A stretch of 64,000 nucleotides of DNA from Candidatus Krumholzibacteriia bacterium (GCA_963836185.1 CAWIIQ010000001.1:448001-512000); one strand, 5' to 3'; shown: positions 32,901 through 42,020, numbered from the stretch's first letter. Numbers and translations are program-made. The notes: generated from the sequence alone by a model not told the origin.

Positions 32901-34204
32901 ACACGCACGGGGGAGGAGTAAAAAATATCGGCGGCAGCCCCACACTGCGTAACCTCGTGATATCGAGAAATTACGCCTCGGACGGCGGGGGGATGTACAA
33001 CGACAGCGGCAGTCCGACACTCGTCAATGTCCGGTTCCTGAACAACACCGGGATCTGGGGCGGCGCCATTCACAACTGGGATGATGGTAATCCTTCGTTC
33101 GTCAACGTCGTCTTTGCCGAAAACTCGGCCGACTTCGGCGCGGGCCTATACAGTAACTGGAGCGATCCGAGCCTGATCAACGTGACCATGTCAGGCAACA
33201 CTGCCTACAGGGGCGGCGGGCTGTACAACAATTTCGGCAATCCGGTTCTTGTCAACACGATTCTCTGGGGCAATTCTGCTCAGGATGCCGGGGAGGAGAT
33301 ATACAACGCCTCGGCTGTGCCTGTTGTATCTTACTCCCTCATAGAAGGGTCCGGCGGAAGCCTGGCCTGGAATCCGTTGTTCGGCAGCGATTCCGGAAAC
33401 AACATCGACGCTGATCCTGTGTTTGTTGATGAGTTTGCCGGCGACCTGAGTCTGATGCCTGGCTCACCCGCTATCGATGCGGGCGACAACTCTTCGGTTC
33501 CATCAGGTGTTACCACGGATCTCGACAGCAATCCCAGGATCACGGGCGTAACAGTCGACATGGGGGCATACGAGTACCAGTCGGCGCTGGCCGGGGCGTT
33601 CCCTTCGCCGATTGTGTTCGAGGACCCGCCGATGAACGAGACGACCTGCGATACGATCTACTATACAAACGACGGTGGGGTCACATGCACGATCGAGGGA
33701 ATATACGGTTGTTCGACGGCACCTTTCAGTATTGACACTTCGATGACAGTTCATGCGCTCGCCCCGGGAGGTACTACCGCGGTCGTGGTATGCGTTCATC
33801 CGACTACTGCCGAGCCGGACTCTACCCAGCTTGTGATTGTCTCTGATGCGGTTAACAGCCCTACAGTCGTCGATGTCCTGCTCGACCTGGATCCGACTTC
33901 AGGCGAACAGGAAATAGTTCCGCAGCCGTTTCGAATCGTCTCCGTATCGCCGAATCCGTTCAATCCCTCGACTACTCTCTATTTCACACTTCCAGAGAAG
34001 ATGCGGGTCAAGGCTTCAGTATATTCGGTCACCGGTGCGAGGATCCGTGTGCTCTCAAACGGGAAACGTTTCAGTCCAGGATTGAACCGGCTGACATGGG
34101 ACGGCCGTACAGACAGGGGCTTTACAGCCGCTTCCGGTGTGTATTTTATACGGCTGGAGACTAAGTCCGGAACAGATGTGAAGCGTGCCGTGCTGTTGAG
34201 ATAG
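29929..34204 (+). CDS. Secreted protein with three right-handed beta-helix (pectin-lyase/Pmp-like) modules, an Ig domain and CTD; one apparent frameshift near 31640
   Basis: Three 'YVDxxAxGxxxGxSWxxAxxxL..AL...IWVAxG' modules with 'LSGDIG', 'NSYHVV' and GGG motifs. ORFs 29929-31707 and 31463-34204 join at gatgggtatc. 'SPNPFNP...RAVLLR' end. The true start may be 30040. Confidence 0.8.
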
Positions 34205-34207
34205 AGT

Positions 34208-34230
34208 GATGGTGCTTCTGAGGTAAATAG
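34208..34230 (+). repeat. 23-bp direct repeat, copy 2 (orphan, non-coding)
   Basis: GATGGTGCTTCTGAGGTAAATAG, 3 nt after the stop of the beta-helix gene and 14 nt before the methyltransferase ATG. Confidence 0.9.
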
Positions 34231-34244
34231 GGCATAATAGGCAC

Positions 34245-35385
34245 ATGTTTGCCTATCAGAAGACTAACCGGTATTTCGCACAGATCTCCGACGGGCTGGA
34301 GACCGTGGGCGTAAACGAACTTACATCCCTCGGAGCGACAGACGTCAAGCCGTCGTTCCGGGGGATCTACTTTTCCGCCAGCCCCGCCCTGTTGTACCGG
34401 GTCAACTATATGACACGGCTCGCAACGCGGGTGCTCGCGCCGCTGATCACATTCGACTGCCACAGCGACAAGTATCTCTACAAGACTGCAAATTCGATCG
34501 CCTGGAACGAGCTCTTCTCAGTGAGGCAGACCTTCGCCATAGACGCGAATGTCAGCGACAGCAATATCACGCACTCTCAGTACGCCGCGCAGAAGCTCAA
34601 GGACGCGATCGTAGACCAGTTCCGCGACGCGTGCGGGGAGCGGCCCAGCGTCAAGACGAGGGACCCCGATATCTGGCTGAACCTCTTTATCCGAAACAAC
34701 AAGGCGACGATCAGCATCGACACTTCGGGAGGTTCGCTGCACAGGCGCGGCTACCGGGTCGCCTCGGTCGAGGCGCCGATGCAGGAGACGGTCGCGGCTG
34801 CGATCATCAGGTACACAGGCTGGGATGGAGAGAAGCCTCTCTACGATCCGATGTGCGGGTCTGGGACGCTTCTCTGCGAGGCGGCTATGCATTACTGCCG
34901 GATACCGGCGGGGTATTTCCGAAGCGAGTTCGGGTTCATGAGACTTCCCGACTATAAGAAGGCGCTCTGGAAGAAGGTCAGGGAGGACTGTGACGCGCGG
35001 ATCAGGCCGCTGCCGCAGGGGCTGGTATCGGGGAGCGATATGTCGCGCGCAGATGCACATGCCGCGAGGCAGAACTGCGGCGAGCTGCCCGGAGGAGAGA
35101 ACATCTCCATCGGCATCAAGCCGTTCCAGGAGATCGAGTCGCTCGATGACACAATCATCGTCTGCAATCCGCCGTACGGTGTGCGGATGAAGGACAGGGG
35201 GGACCCGGGAAGGCTCCTCGGCGAGTTCAGCGAGTTTCTGATCGAGCGGTGCCGGGGAAGCCGTTGCCTACATATACTTCGGTAAAGAGAAGCAGATGGA
35301 TACGGTCAAGCTGCGCGCCGCCTGGAAGAAGCCGATGAAGAGCGGCGGGCTCGACGGATTCCTCGGGAAGTACAAGATCCGCTGA
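34245..35385 (+). CDS. THUMP-domain class I SAM RNA methyltransferase (RlmL/YpsC-like); apparent frameshift near 35260
   Basis: 'KDAIVDQFR', 'SLHRRGYR', 'APMQETVAA', 'DPMCGSGT', 'CNPPYG'. The C-terminus continues in another frame as VAYIYFGK...KYKIR*. Confidence 0.85.
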
Positions 35386-35447
35386 AACGGAGACTCCTTA
35401 AAAACCTGGGTAGATACCACTATATTAAAAAGATTGATTATTGCCTC

Positions 35448-35476
35448 TTGTATTATGGGCATATGTGCATTATAAT
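35448..35476 (+). promoter_or_regulatory. Putative sigma70 promoter with an imperfect palindrome in the spacer
   Basis: TTGTAT-17 nt-TATAAT; the spacer holds ATGGGCATATGTGCAT (6 of 8 pairs). Confidence 0.55.
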
Positions 35477-35505
35477 GTCCGGAGTGATTTGACAGGGAGA
35501 TCCGG

Positions 35506-35968
35506 ATGCCGCGCCCGAAGAAGAACAAGATGGTCAGCAGCCCCCCTCTTTACAGCGGGTTCAAGCCTGTTGGGATACGGCGGGACATGCTCCAGGACAT
35601 CAACCTCGAGATCGATGAGTACGAGGCCATAAGGCTAAGTGATTACGAGGGTTTGGACCATGCAGACGCCGCTGCCGAGATGGAGATCTCAAGGTCGACA
35701 TTCTCGAGATTGATCGAAAAAGCGCGGAACAAGGTGGCCATCTTTCTCATCGAGGGCAGGATGCTCCAGATCGAAGGGGGCAAGATCCACTTCAGGGACA
35801 ATGTCCTGAAATGCCAGGGTTGTGGGCATATATTCAATATCGATATCGGTACCCGCTTCTCGAAATGTCCCGAATGCGGGTCCAGATCAGCTGTTTAACC
35901 TCGCCGGCAGGTTCGGCCACGGCCGCTGCTGCGCGGACGAAGAGAAGAAGGTCGAGCATGGCGAATAA
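35506..35968 (+). CDS. DUF134-family HTH protein with C-terminal Zn-ribbon; apparent frameshift near 35885
   Basis: 'MPRPKK...FKP.G', 'DEYEAIRLSDYEGL...AAAEMEISRSTFSR...AR.KVA', CxxC..CPxC. The alternative frame gives 'DQLFNLAGRFGHGRCC...*'. Confidence 0.8.
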
Positions 35969-36134
35969 GGAGAGGCTCGGAAGGAACAAGGGCGGCGGAT
36001 TCGGCCCGGGCGGAAATTGCGTATGCGCCGGGTGCGGGGAGAAGGTTCCGCATCAGAAGGGCGTCAAGTGTACGACACTGAAGTGCCCGAAGTGCGGGAA
36101 GCCGATGGTCAGGGAGGAACTTCTCGGACGCTGA
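35958..36134 (+). CDS. Small Cys-rich metal-binding protein
   Basis: MANKERLGRNKGGGFGPGGNCVCAGCGEKVPHQKGVKCTTLKCPKCGKPMVRE; a 'GPGGxCxCxxCG..H..G..C....CPxCG' pattern often found near DUF134 genes. Confidence 0.75.
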   Translation: MANKERLGRNKGGGFGPGGNCVCAGCGEKVPHQKGVKCTTLKCPKCGKPMVREELLGR

Positions 36135-36220
36135 TCCGGACATCATGTGAACTGGTAACAGAAGAGATTATTAATAAGGTAATCAGGTAATCGAAAGCTT
36201 CATTTTCTTTTTTTTGAAAG

Positions 36221-36655
36221 GTGGGTCCCGTGGAGAACAAGAAGATGACTATCGCGCTTTTCTCGGGAAGCATAGACAAGCTGACCGGAGCGTCCATTAT
36301 CCTTGGTGGCGCCGCCGCTGATGACATGGATGTAGAGGTATTCGTGCTGATGCAGGGCGCGAGGGCGTTCATGAAAGATGTCGCCGGCGATCCGGCAAAG
36401 CTGAACATGGCCGAGAACCCCGAGCTGAAGGAGGAGTTCCTCGCTTCCCTCGACAGGCTCAAGGTCACGCCCTGGATGGATTTCTTCAAGGAAGCGAAAG
36501 AGCTTGCCAACGTCAAGGTCTATGTCTGCGGACTCGCCGGCAAGATCTGGGGCGGAGAAGAGCTGAGCGATTTTGTCGATCTCGTCGATGATATCGTCGG
36601 TATAGGGGAATGCATCACTTCGATGCAGGAAGCCGATGTCCATCTGTTCATCTAG
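36221..36655 (+). CDS. DsrE/DsrF/DrsH-like sulfur-relay protein
   Basis: 'ALFSGSIDKL', 'GAAA.DMDVEVF', 'VKVYVCGLA', terminal 'ADVHLFI'; adjacent to tusA. Confidence 0.8.
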   Translation: MGPVENKKMTIALFSGSIDKLTGASIILGGAAADDMDVEVFVLMQGARAFMKDVAGDPAKLNMAENPELKEEFLASLDRLKVTPWMDFFKEAKELANVKVYVCGLAGKIWGGEELSDFVDLVDDIVGIGECITSMQEADVHLFI

Positions 36656-36673
36656 CTTACAGGAGGAACTGAA

Positions 36674-36925
36674 ATGGAACAGGAAGAACTCAGGAACCTC
36701 AGTGTCGACAAGAGCGTAGACGCCAGGGCGACCGCATGCCCCGGGCCGCTTCTTGCCGCGAAGAAGGCTGTCAGGGAACTCGAGTCGGGCCAGCTGATGG
36801 AGGTCATGTCGGCCGATCCGGCCACCAAGAGGGATATCCCCAAGTGGGCCACGAAAAAAGGCCACGAGTACCTCGGTACTGTTGAGGAAGACGGATACTT
36901 CAGGATCTACATGAAGGTGAAATGA
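36674..36925 (+). CDS. tusA: TusA-family sulfur carrier
   Basis: 'VDARATACPGPLLAAKKA', 'D.ATKRDIPKWA...GHEYLG'. Confidence 0.9.
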   Translation: MEQEELRNLSVDKSVDARATACPGPLLAAKKAVRELESGQLMEVMSADPATKRDIPKWATKKGHEYLGTVEEDGYFRIYMKVK

Positions 36926-37323
36926 GTAACGAAGGCAAAAAAGGGATCTCTATCCTCGTCTTTTCGACCGAGAAGATATCGGATCCCGCGATCGATCTCG
37001 CCGGGCTGCTCAAGCAGCACTACCCGCCGGAGGTCGATAATATAAGCGTTCCATGCTCGAGCGGCATCAAGCCGAAATGGATCATGCATGCCTTTGAGCG
37101 GGGATTCGACGGAGTCTTCATCGCCGCCGACGGAACCGACTGCCCCTACGGCGAGACTTGCGCAGAGAAGACGGCGGATGTCGTCGCCCGCACTCACGCA
37201 TTGATGAAAGAGAAGGGTATCGACCCGGCGAAGCTGAGGATGGCCGCGATCTGCTCGGTCTGCTCTCAGGCCTTCGTGAAACTGGTAAAGGATCTCGCCG
37301 ATTACCTGGATGGAGCATCATGA
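36922..37323 (+). CDS. mvhD: MvhD-like (hydrogenase delta / FlpD) Fe-S subunit, variant
   Basis: 'DLAG...YPP', 'VPCS', 'HAFERGFDGVF', 'DCPYG', 'GIDPAKL'. The N-terminal Cys motif is absent. Confidence 0.75.
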   Translation: MSNEGKKGISILVFSTEKISDPAIDLAGLLKQHYPPEVDNISVPCSSGIKPKWIMHAFERGFDGVFIAADGTDCPYGETCAEKTADVVARTHALMKEKGIDPAKLRMAAICSVCSQAFVKLVKDLADYLDGAS

Positions 37324-38621
37324 GTGCGCAGACCGGCAGGCTTGAATATGACGCAGTAGTCGTCGGCGGAGGGATTGCCGGGCAGGAATCTGCGCTGAAT
37401 CTGGCCGATTCGGGCCTGAAGGTGCTGCTCGTCGAGAAGGACCTCTCGATAGGCGGGAAGATGATCCACCTGAGCAAGGTCTTCCCGACGCTCGACTGCG
37501 GCGCCTGCATCACTACCCCGAAGGTCTCCGAGACGGCGAGGCATCCCAACATCACGATCGAGACGAACAGCGAGATAGGCGATATCGAAAGGCTCCCCGA
37601 CGGTTCCCTCAGGGGCGTCCTTACGAGACATCCTCGCTACATCATCGAGAAGGACTGCACCGGCTGCGGGGATTGTGAGAAAGTCTGCCCCGTAATTGTC
37701 GAAGACCAGTACCAGTACGGCATGGTAGGCAGGAAAGCGGTCTACGTCCCGTTCAGCATCGCGAACCCGAGGATCGTCGCTATCGATATCGAGAACTGCA
37801 TCCTCTGCGGAGCGTGCGAGAAGGCATGTCCGGCCGACGCAATCGATTTCACCCAGAAGGCCGAAAAGCGCGAAGTCATCGCGAAGACGGTTATAGTAGC
37901 GACGGGATTCAGGCTGTTCGACCCTTCCATCATCGAGAACTACGGGCTCGGCAGGTTCAAAAACGTCGTCACGTCGATGCAGATGGAGAGGCAGCTCGTC
38001 CCGACAAGGCCGTACAACAATGTCCTGAGGCCGAAGGACGGGAAGATGCCCGACAATATCGCTTATGTCCTCTGCACCGGGTCGCGCGATGTGACGCTGG
38101 GCAACCCGATATGCTCGCAGGTCTGCTGCATGTACTCGATGAAGCAGGGGCAGCTCCTGCTCGGCGCCCTGCCGATGGCCGACGTCACTATCTACTACAT
38201 CAATATCAGGGCGTTCGGAAAGGGATTCGAGGAGTTCTACCAGGGCACGAGAGATATGGGGGTCGAGTTCGTCAAGGGGAAGGTCGGCACGATCGCGGAG
38301 AAGGATGACGGCGACCTGATAGTGAGATACGAGGATATGCAGGATGGTGTGGTCAGGGAGGCCGAGCACGACATGGTCGTCCTTTCGGTCGGCATGCTGT
38401 CGAACCCCGAGGCGGGCATGCTCTTCAAGGGCGAGGCCCTCGAGCTCGACGAGTTCGGCTACGTCAGGCAGGTCGACAGGCTGAGCAATCCGGCCAGCAC
38501 CAATATTGAAGGCGTCTTCGTTGCCGGCACTGCCTGCGGGCCGATGGATATCCCCGATTCGATAGCTTCAGCGGGGGCCGCGTCGGCCGAGGCTCTGAGT
38601 TTTATAAAGAGGAAAGTATGA
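37320..38621 (+). CDS. hdrA: Heterodisulfide reductase A-like flavoprotein (short, QmoA-like position)
   Basis: 'VVGGGIAG' FAD motif, 'KVFPTLDC', two CxxCxxCxxxCP, 'CTGSRD...CSQVCCMY', 'GVFVAG...GPMDIPDS'. ATG overlaps the mvhD stop. Confidence 0.9.
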   Translation: MSAQTGRLEYDAVVVGGGIAGQESALNLADSGLKVLLVEKDLSIGGKMIHLSKVFPTLDCGACITTPKVSETARHPNITIETNSEIGDIERLPDGSLRGVLTRHPRYIIEKDCTGCGDCEKVCPVIVEDQYQYGMVGRKAVYVPFSIANPRIVAIDIENCILCGACEKACPADAIDFTQKAEKREVIAKTVIVATGFRLFDPSIIENYGLGRFKNVVTSMQMERQLVPTRPYNNVLRPKDGKMPDNIAYVLCTGSRDVTLGNPICSQVCCMYSMKQGQLLLGALPMADVTIYYINIRAFGKGFEEFYQGTRDMGVEFVKGKVGTIAEKDDGDLIVRYEDMQDGVVREAEHDMVVLSVGMLSNPEAGMLFKGEALELDEFGYVRQVDRLSNPASTNIEGVFVAGTACGPMDIPDSIASAGAASAEALSFIKRKV

Positions 38622-40573
38622 ACAGCAGGATAGGCGTTTATATCTGCCAGTGTGGCTCCAATATCTCGGACTACGTCGACGTCGAGAAGGTCAAGGAAGC
38701 TGTCGAGCAGGAAGAGGGCGTTGTCCTGGCGAAGATCACGATGTTCGCCTGCGCCGACTCGACACAGCAGGAGATCGTCCAAGACATAGAGGAAGAGAAG
38801 CTCGACGGAATGGTCGTCGCTTCATGCTCGCCCAAGCTTCACCTCGGAACGTTCAGGAGCGTTGCCGAGAGGGCGGGCCTTAACAGGTACAATTACGTTC
38901 AGTCAAATATCAGGGAGCAGGCCTCATGGGCCCATTCCGACAAGCCGGCCGAGGCGACAGAGAAGGCCATAAGAAATGTAAAGGCGGCGATCGCCAGAAC
39001 GAGGCTTGCCGCGCCTCTGATTCCCCCGATGATCCCGTCGGAGAACACGGCGCTCGTCGTCGGGGCGGGTATAGCGGGGATGAGGGCGGCGATCGACCTG
39101 GCCGATACAGGCTCGAAGGTCTATCTCATCGAGAAGGATCATTTCGTCGGCGGAAGGACGGCGCAGTGGGGCGAGCTCTTCCCTACCGGCCAGACCGGGG
39201 CCGATGTGATAACGGACCTCTACCGCGAGGTGGGAAAGCGGGAGAACATCACACTTTATACGGGGTGCGAGGCCGTCTCGAAATCGGGGAGCATGGGGAA
39301 TTTCGCGGTTCAGCTGAGGATCGATCCGCGCGGCATCAGAGGCGGAGACAGTCTTCCCGGGTCCGCTGATTTCGAGACGAGGCTCGTGCGCGCGATAGCC
39401 GCATGCCCCGTAAGTGTTCCCGACATATTCGACTTCGGCCTCTCGGAGAGAAAAGCGCTCTACATCAATCCGGGCGGACTGCCAGGACTTCCCGTCGTGG
39501 ACCGCGAGGCGTGCACCGGGTGCGGCGAATGCGTGAAGATCTGCCCCGAGATCGATCTCGAGCAGAAGGATGAGCTCGTCGATATCAAGGCGGGATCGGT
39601 CATCATCGCTTCCGGGTTCGATCCGTACGAGCCGAAGCAGGGCGAGTTCGGATACGGGGAGATAGACAACGTTATTACGATGCAGCAGTTCAGGAGACTT
39701 ATCGAGACGTGCGGGAAGAAGCTCGTCTTCGGCGGAAAAAAGATACGCAGCATCGCATGGATCTTCTGTGTCGGCAGCCGGCAGACGGGAGAGCTCGAAG
39801 GGGAGAACAAGTACTGCGCGAGGTACTGCTGCACATCGGCGATACACTCGGCGGTCGTGGCGAAGAAGAGGTTCGCGGACATCCGGAACTATCACTTCAC
39901 CAGGGGCGTCAGGACATACGGCAAGTACGAGACTATATACGAGGAATCTGCATCGCTTGGCGACATCTACCTGCAGTCGACCGAGGACGATCCACCCGTC
40001 GTGAGCGTGGAGGATGGAACGACCCTGGTAAAGATCAACGACATTATGACCGAGGAGAAGGAACTCGAGGTCGCCCCCGACCTCGTCGTCCTCGTCACGG
40101 GGATGGTCCCGCGGGCCGGGAGCACGATCGGCTCGATAATGAAGGCGCCGGCCGGGCTGGACGGTTTCTTCAACGAGGTCCATCCGAAGCTCAAGCCGGT
40201 CGAGACGGTCATCGACGGGATCTTTCTGGCGGGCACGTCGCAGGGGCCGAAGAATATCACCGAGACGGCTATGTCGGCCCATTCAGCGGCGATCAAGACA
40301 CATACGCTTATCAGCAAGGGTGAGATAGAGCTCGAGCCGACGATGGCCCTGGTAGATCGGGGAGCCTGCGAGTGGTGCGGGAAATGCGCCGCCGCATGCC
40401 CCTTCGACGCGATAGACGAGGTGAAAGAGGGTGCGAAGAGCGTTGCGGCCGTCAACGAATCGGCATGCAAGGGATGCGGGATGTGCCTGCCGGTCTGCCC
40501 GGTGAACGCTGTCCAGCTCAAGGGATTCACGGACGCCGAGATAGAAGCGATGATCGACGCGATGGCGGAATGA
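38618..40573 (+). CDS. hdrA: Heterodisulfide reductase A-like flavoprotein (long, QmoB-like position)
   Basis: 'IGVYICQCGSNI', 'VVASCSPKLH', 'NIREQ', 'VVGAGIAG', 'CVGSR...YCARYCC', 'HPKLKPVET', C-terminal 2x[4Fe-4S] motifs. Confidence 0.9.
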   Translation: MNSRIGVYICQCGSNISDYVDVEKVKEAVEQEEGVVLAKITMFACADSTQQEIVQDIEEEKLDGMVVASCSPKLHLGTFRSVAERAGLNRYNYVQSNIREQASWAHSDKPAEATEKAIRNVKAAIARTRLAAPLIPPMIPSENTALVVGAGIAGMRAAIDLADTGSKVYLIEKDHFVGGRTAQWGELFPTGQTGADVITDLYREVGKRENITLYTGCEAVSKSGSMGNFAVQLRIDPRGIRGGDSLPGSADFETRLVRAIAACPVSVPDIFDFGLSERKALYINPGGLPGLPVVDREACTGCGECVKICPEIDLEQKDELVDIKAGSVIIASGFDPYEPKQGEFGYGEIDNVITMQQFRRLIETCGKKLVFGGKKIRSIAWIFCVGSRQTGELEGENKYCARYCCTSAIHSAVVAKKRFADIRNYHFTRGVRTYGKYETIYEESASLGDIYLQSTEDDPPVVSVEDGTTLVKINDIMTEEKELEVAPDLVVLVTGMVPRAGSTIGSIMKAPAGLDGFFNEVHPKLKPVETVIDGIFLAGTSQGPKNITETAMSAHSAAIKTHTLISKGEIELEPTMALVDRGACEWCGKCAAACPFDAIDEVKEGAKSVAAVNESACKGCGMCLPVCPVNAVQLKGFTDAEIEAMIDAMAE

Positions 40574-40590
40574 TACGAGGTTTCAAGGTG

Positions 40591-40867
40591 ATGAACGAAA
40601 AGAAACGTACAGTCGACCATATGAGAGAGCGGCGTGAGGTCCCCTCCGAAGCGAAGGAGCGGGTCAAGAGATTACAACGCGATAAAGAGGGCGATAAAGA
40701 AGGCCCTGGAGGGCGAGGAGCTGACGATACTCGAGATAGCGGAAAAGACGGGGATGGAGCCCGAAGATGTCACCTTCTACCTGATGACGATGAGGAAGTT
40801 CGGCGAGGTCGAGTTCGTCGATGACGATGATGTGGACGATTATTACAGCTACAGGATAAAGGAATGA
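40591..40867 (+). CDS. Small winged-HTH protein of the Hdr/Qmo-like cluster; apparent frameshift near 40670
   Basis: MNEKKRTVDHMRERREVP... joins 'AIKKALEGEELTILEIAEKTGME...YLMTMRKFGEV'. Confidence 0.6.
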
Positions 40868-40871
40868 CCGG

Positions 40872-42020
40872 ATGGCACGGATAAACCCGGGATTTGCCGG
40901 AGAGATAGAGAAGTTCGGAGCGGTGGATTTCACCGTCTGTTACAACTGCGGCAACTGCACCGCCGTATGCCCTCTCTCCGAGAACGACAATACATTCCCG
41001 CGCCGCCTGTTGAGATACACCGTCCTGGGACTCGAAGAGGATATTCACAAGTCGACCGATCCCTGGCTCTGCTACTACTGCGGCGACTGCAGCTCGACCT
41101 GTCCGCGCCAGGCAAATCCCGGCGAGATCATGATGTCGCTGAGGCGTTATCTCACGGCAAGCTACGACTGGACTGGGCTCTCGAAAAAGTTCTACACCTC
41201 TAAAGCCTGGGCGTTCGGCGCGATGGGCCTTATCTCGGCTGTCGTCATCCTTCTCTTTGCATTCTTCCTGCCCCTTACAGCCGATCCGGCGATACTAATC
41301 GGGCCGGACGGGGGAGTAAAGATAAACAGCTTCGTCAAGGGGATGGAGCCCGAGGTCTTCGTGCGCTGGATCGAGACGGGCGACTGGGTGATGGCGGGCA
41401 TCATCTCGTTCTTCCTGATATCGAATATATTCAATATGTACAGGAAGATAGTGATCAGGAGCGGCAGAAAGATCCCGCTGAAGCTCTACGTTACCGAGGC
41501 GTGGCAGCTCTTCTTCCACTTCGGTACGCAGTTCAGGTTCTCCAAATGCAGCGACAGGTCGTACTGGGTCCTGCACTGGCTGCTCATGTCGGGGTATACC
41601 CTGATGTTCACGATGATAGTCGTCTTCCTTCCCTGGTTCCAGACGGAGAGAATACACCCGATCTATCACCCGCAGAGATTCATCGGGTATTACGCGACAT
41701 TCGGGATCCTGCTCGCCATCATCGTCTGGTCGGTCAAGAGGCTGCGCAAGTCGGGAGAGATCCACAAGTATTCGCACAAGACCGACTGGGTCTTCCTCAT
41801 CATGCTTTTCCTCACGACCGTGACGGGGATTCTGGTACATTTTTTCAGGATCGGCGGGATGGCCCACGCCACCTACTACACCTACGTGATCCACCTGGCC
41901 GTCCTCGTTCCGATGCTGATGATCGAGGTGCCCTTTTCCAAGTGGTCGCACCTCGCATACCGCCCGCTGGCGATATATTTCACGAACCTCGTCAACGCCG
42001 CGAAAAAAAGTTCAAAGTAA
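40872..42020 (+). CDS. QmoC-like membrane subunit (HdrC-type 2x[4Fe-4S] plus HdrE/NarI-type cytochrome b domain)
   Basis: 'CYNCGNCTAVCP', 'WLCYYCGDCSSTCPR', several TM helices with His, 'PFSKWSHLAYRP'. Confidence 0.85.
   Translation: MARINPGFAGEIEKFGAVDFTVCYNCGNCTAVCPLSENDNTFPRRLLRYTVLGLEEDIHKSTDPWLCYYCGDCSSTCPRQANPGEIMMSLRRYLTASYDWTGLSKKFYTSKAWAFGAMGLISAVVILLFAFFLPLTADPAILIGPDGGVKINSFVKGMEPEVFVRWIETGDWVMAGIISFFLISNIFNMYRKIVIRSGRKIPLKLYVTEAWQLFFHFGTQFRFSKCSDRSYWVLHWLLMSGYTLMFTMIVVFLPWFQTERIHPIYHPQRFIGYYATFGILLAIIVWSVKRLRKSGEIHKYSHKTDWVFLIMLFLTTVTGILVHFFRIGGMAHATYYTYVIHLAVLVPMLMIEVPFSKWSHLAYRPLAIYFTNLVNAAKKSSK

Noticed and set aside
36922-40573. Possible selenocysteine read-through in mvhD or hdrA
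   Set aside because: The ORFs are uninterrupted; TGA codons occur only as normal stops, for example the mvhD stop overlapping the next ATG.
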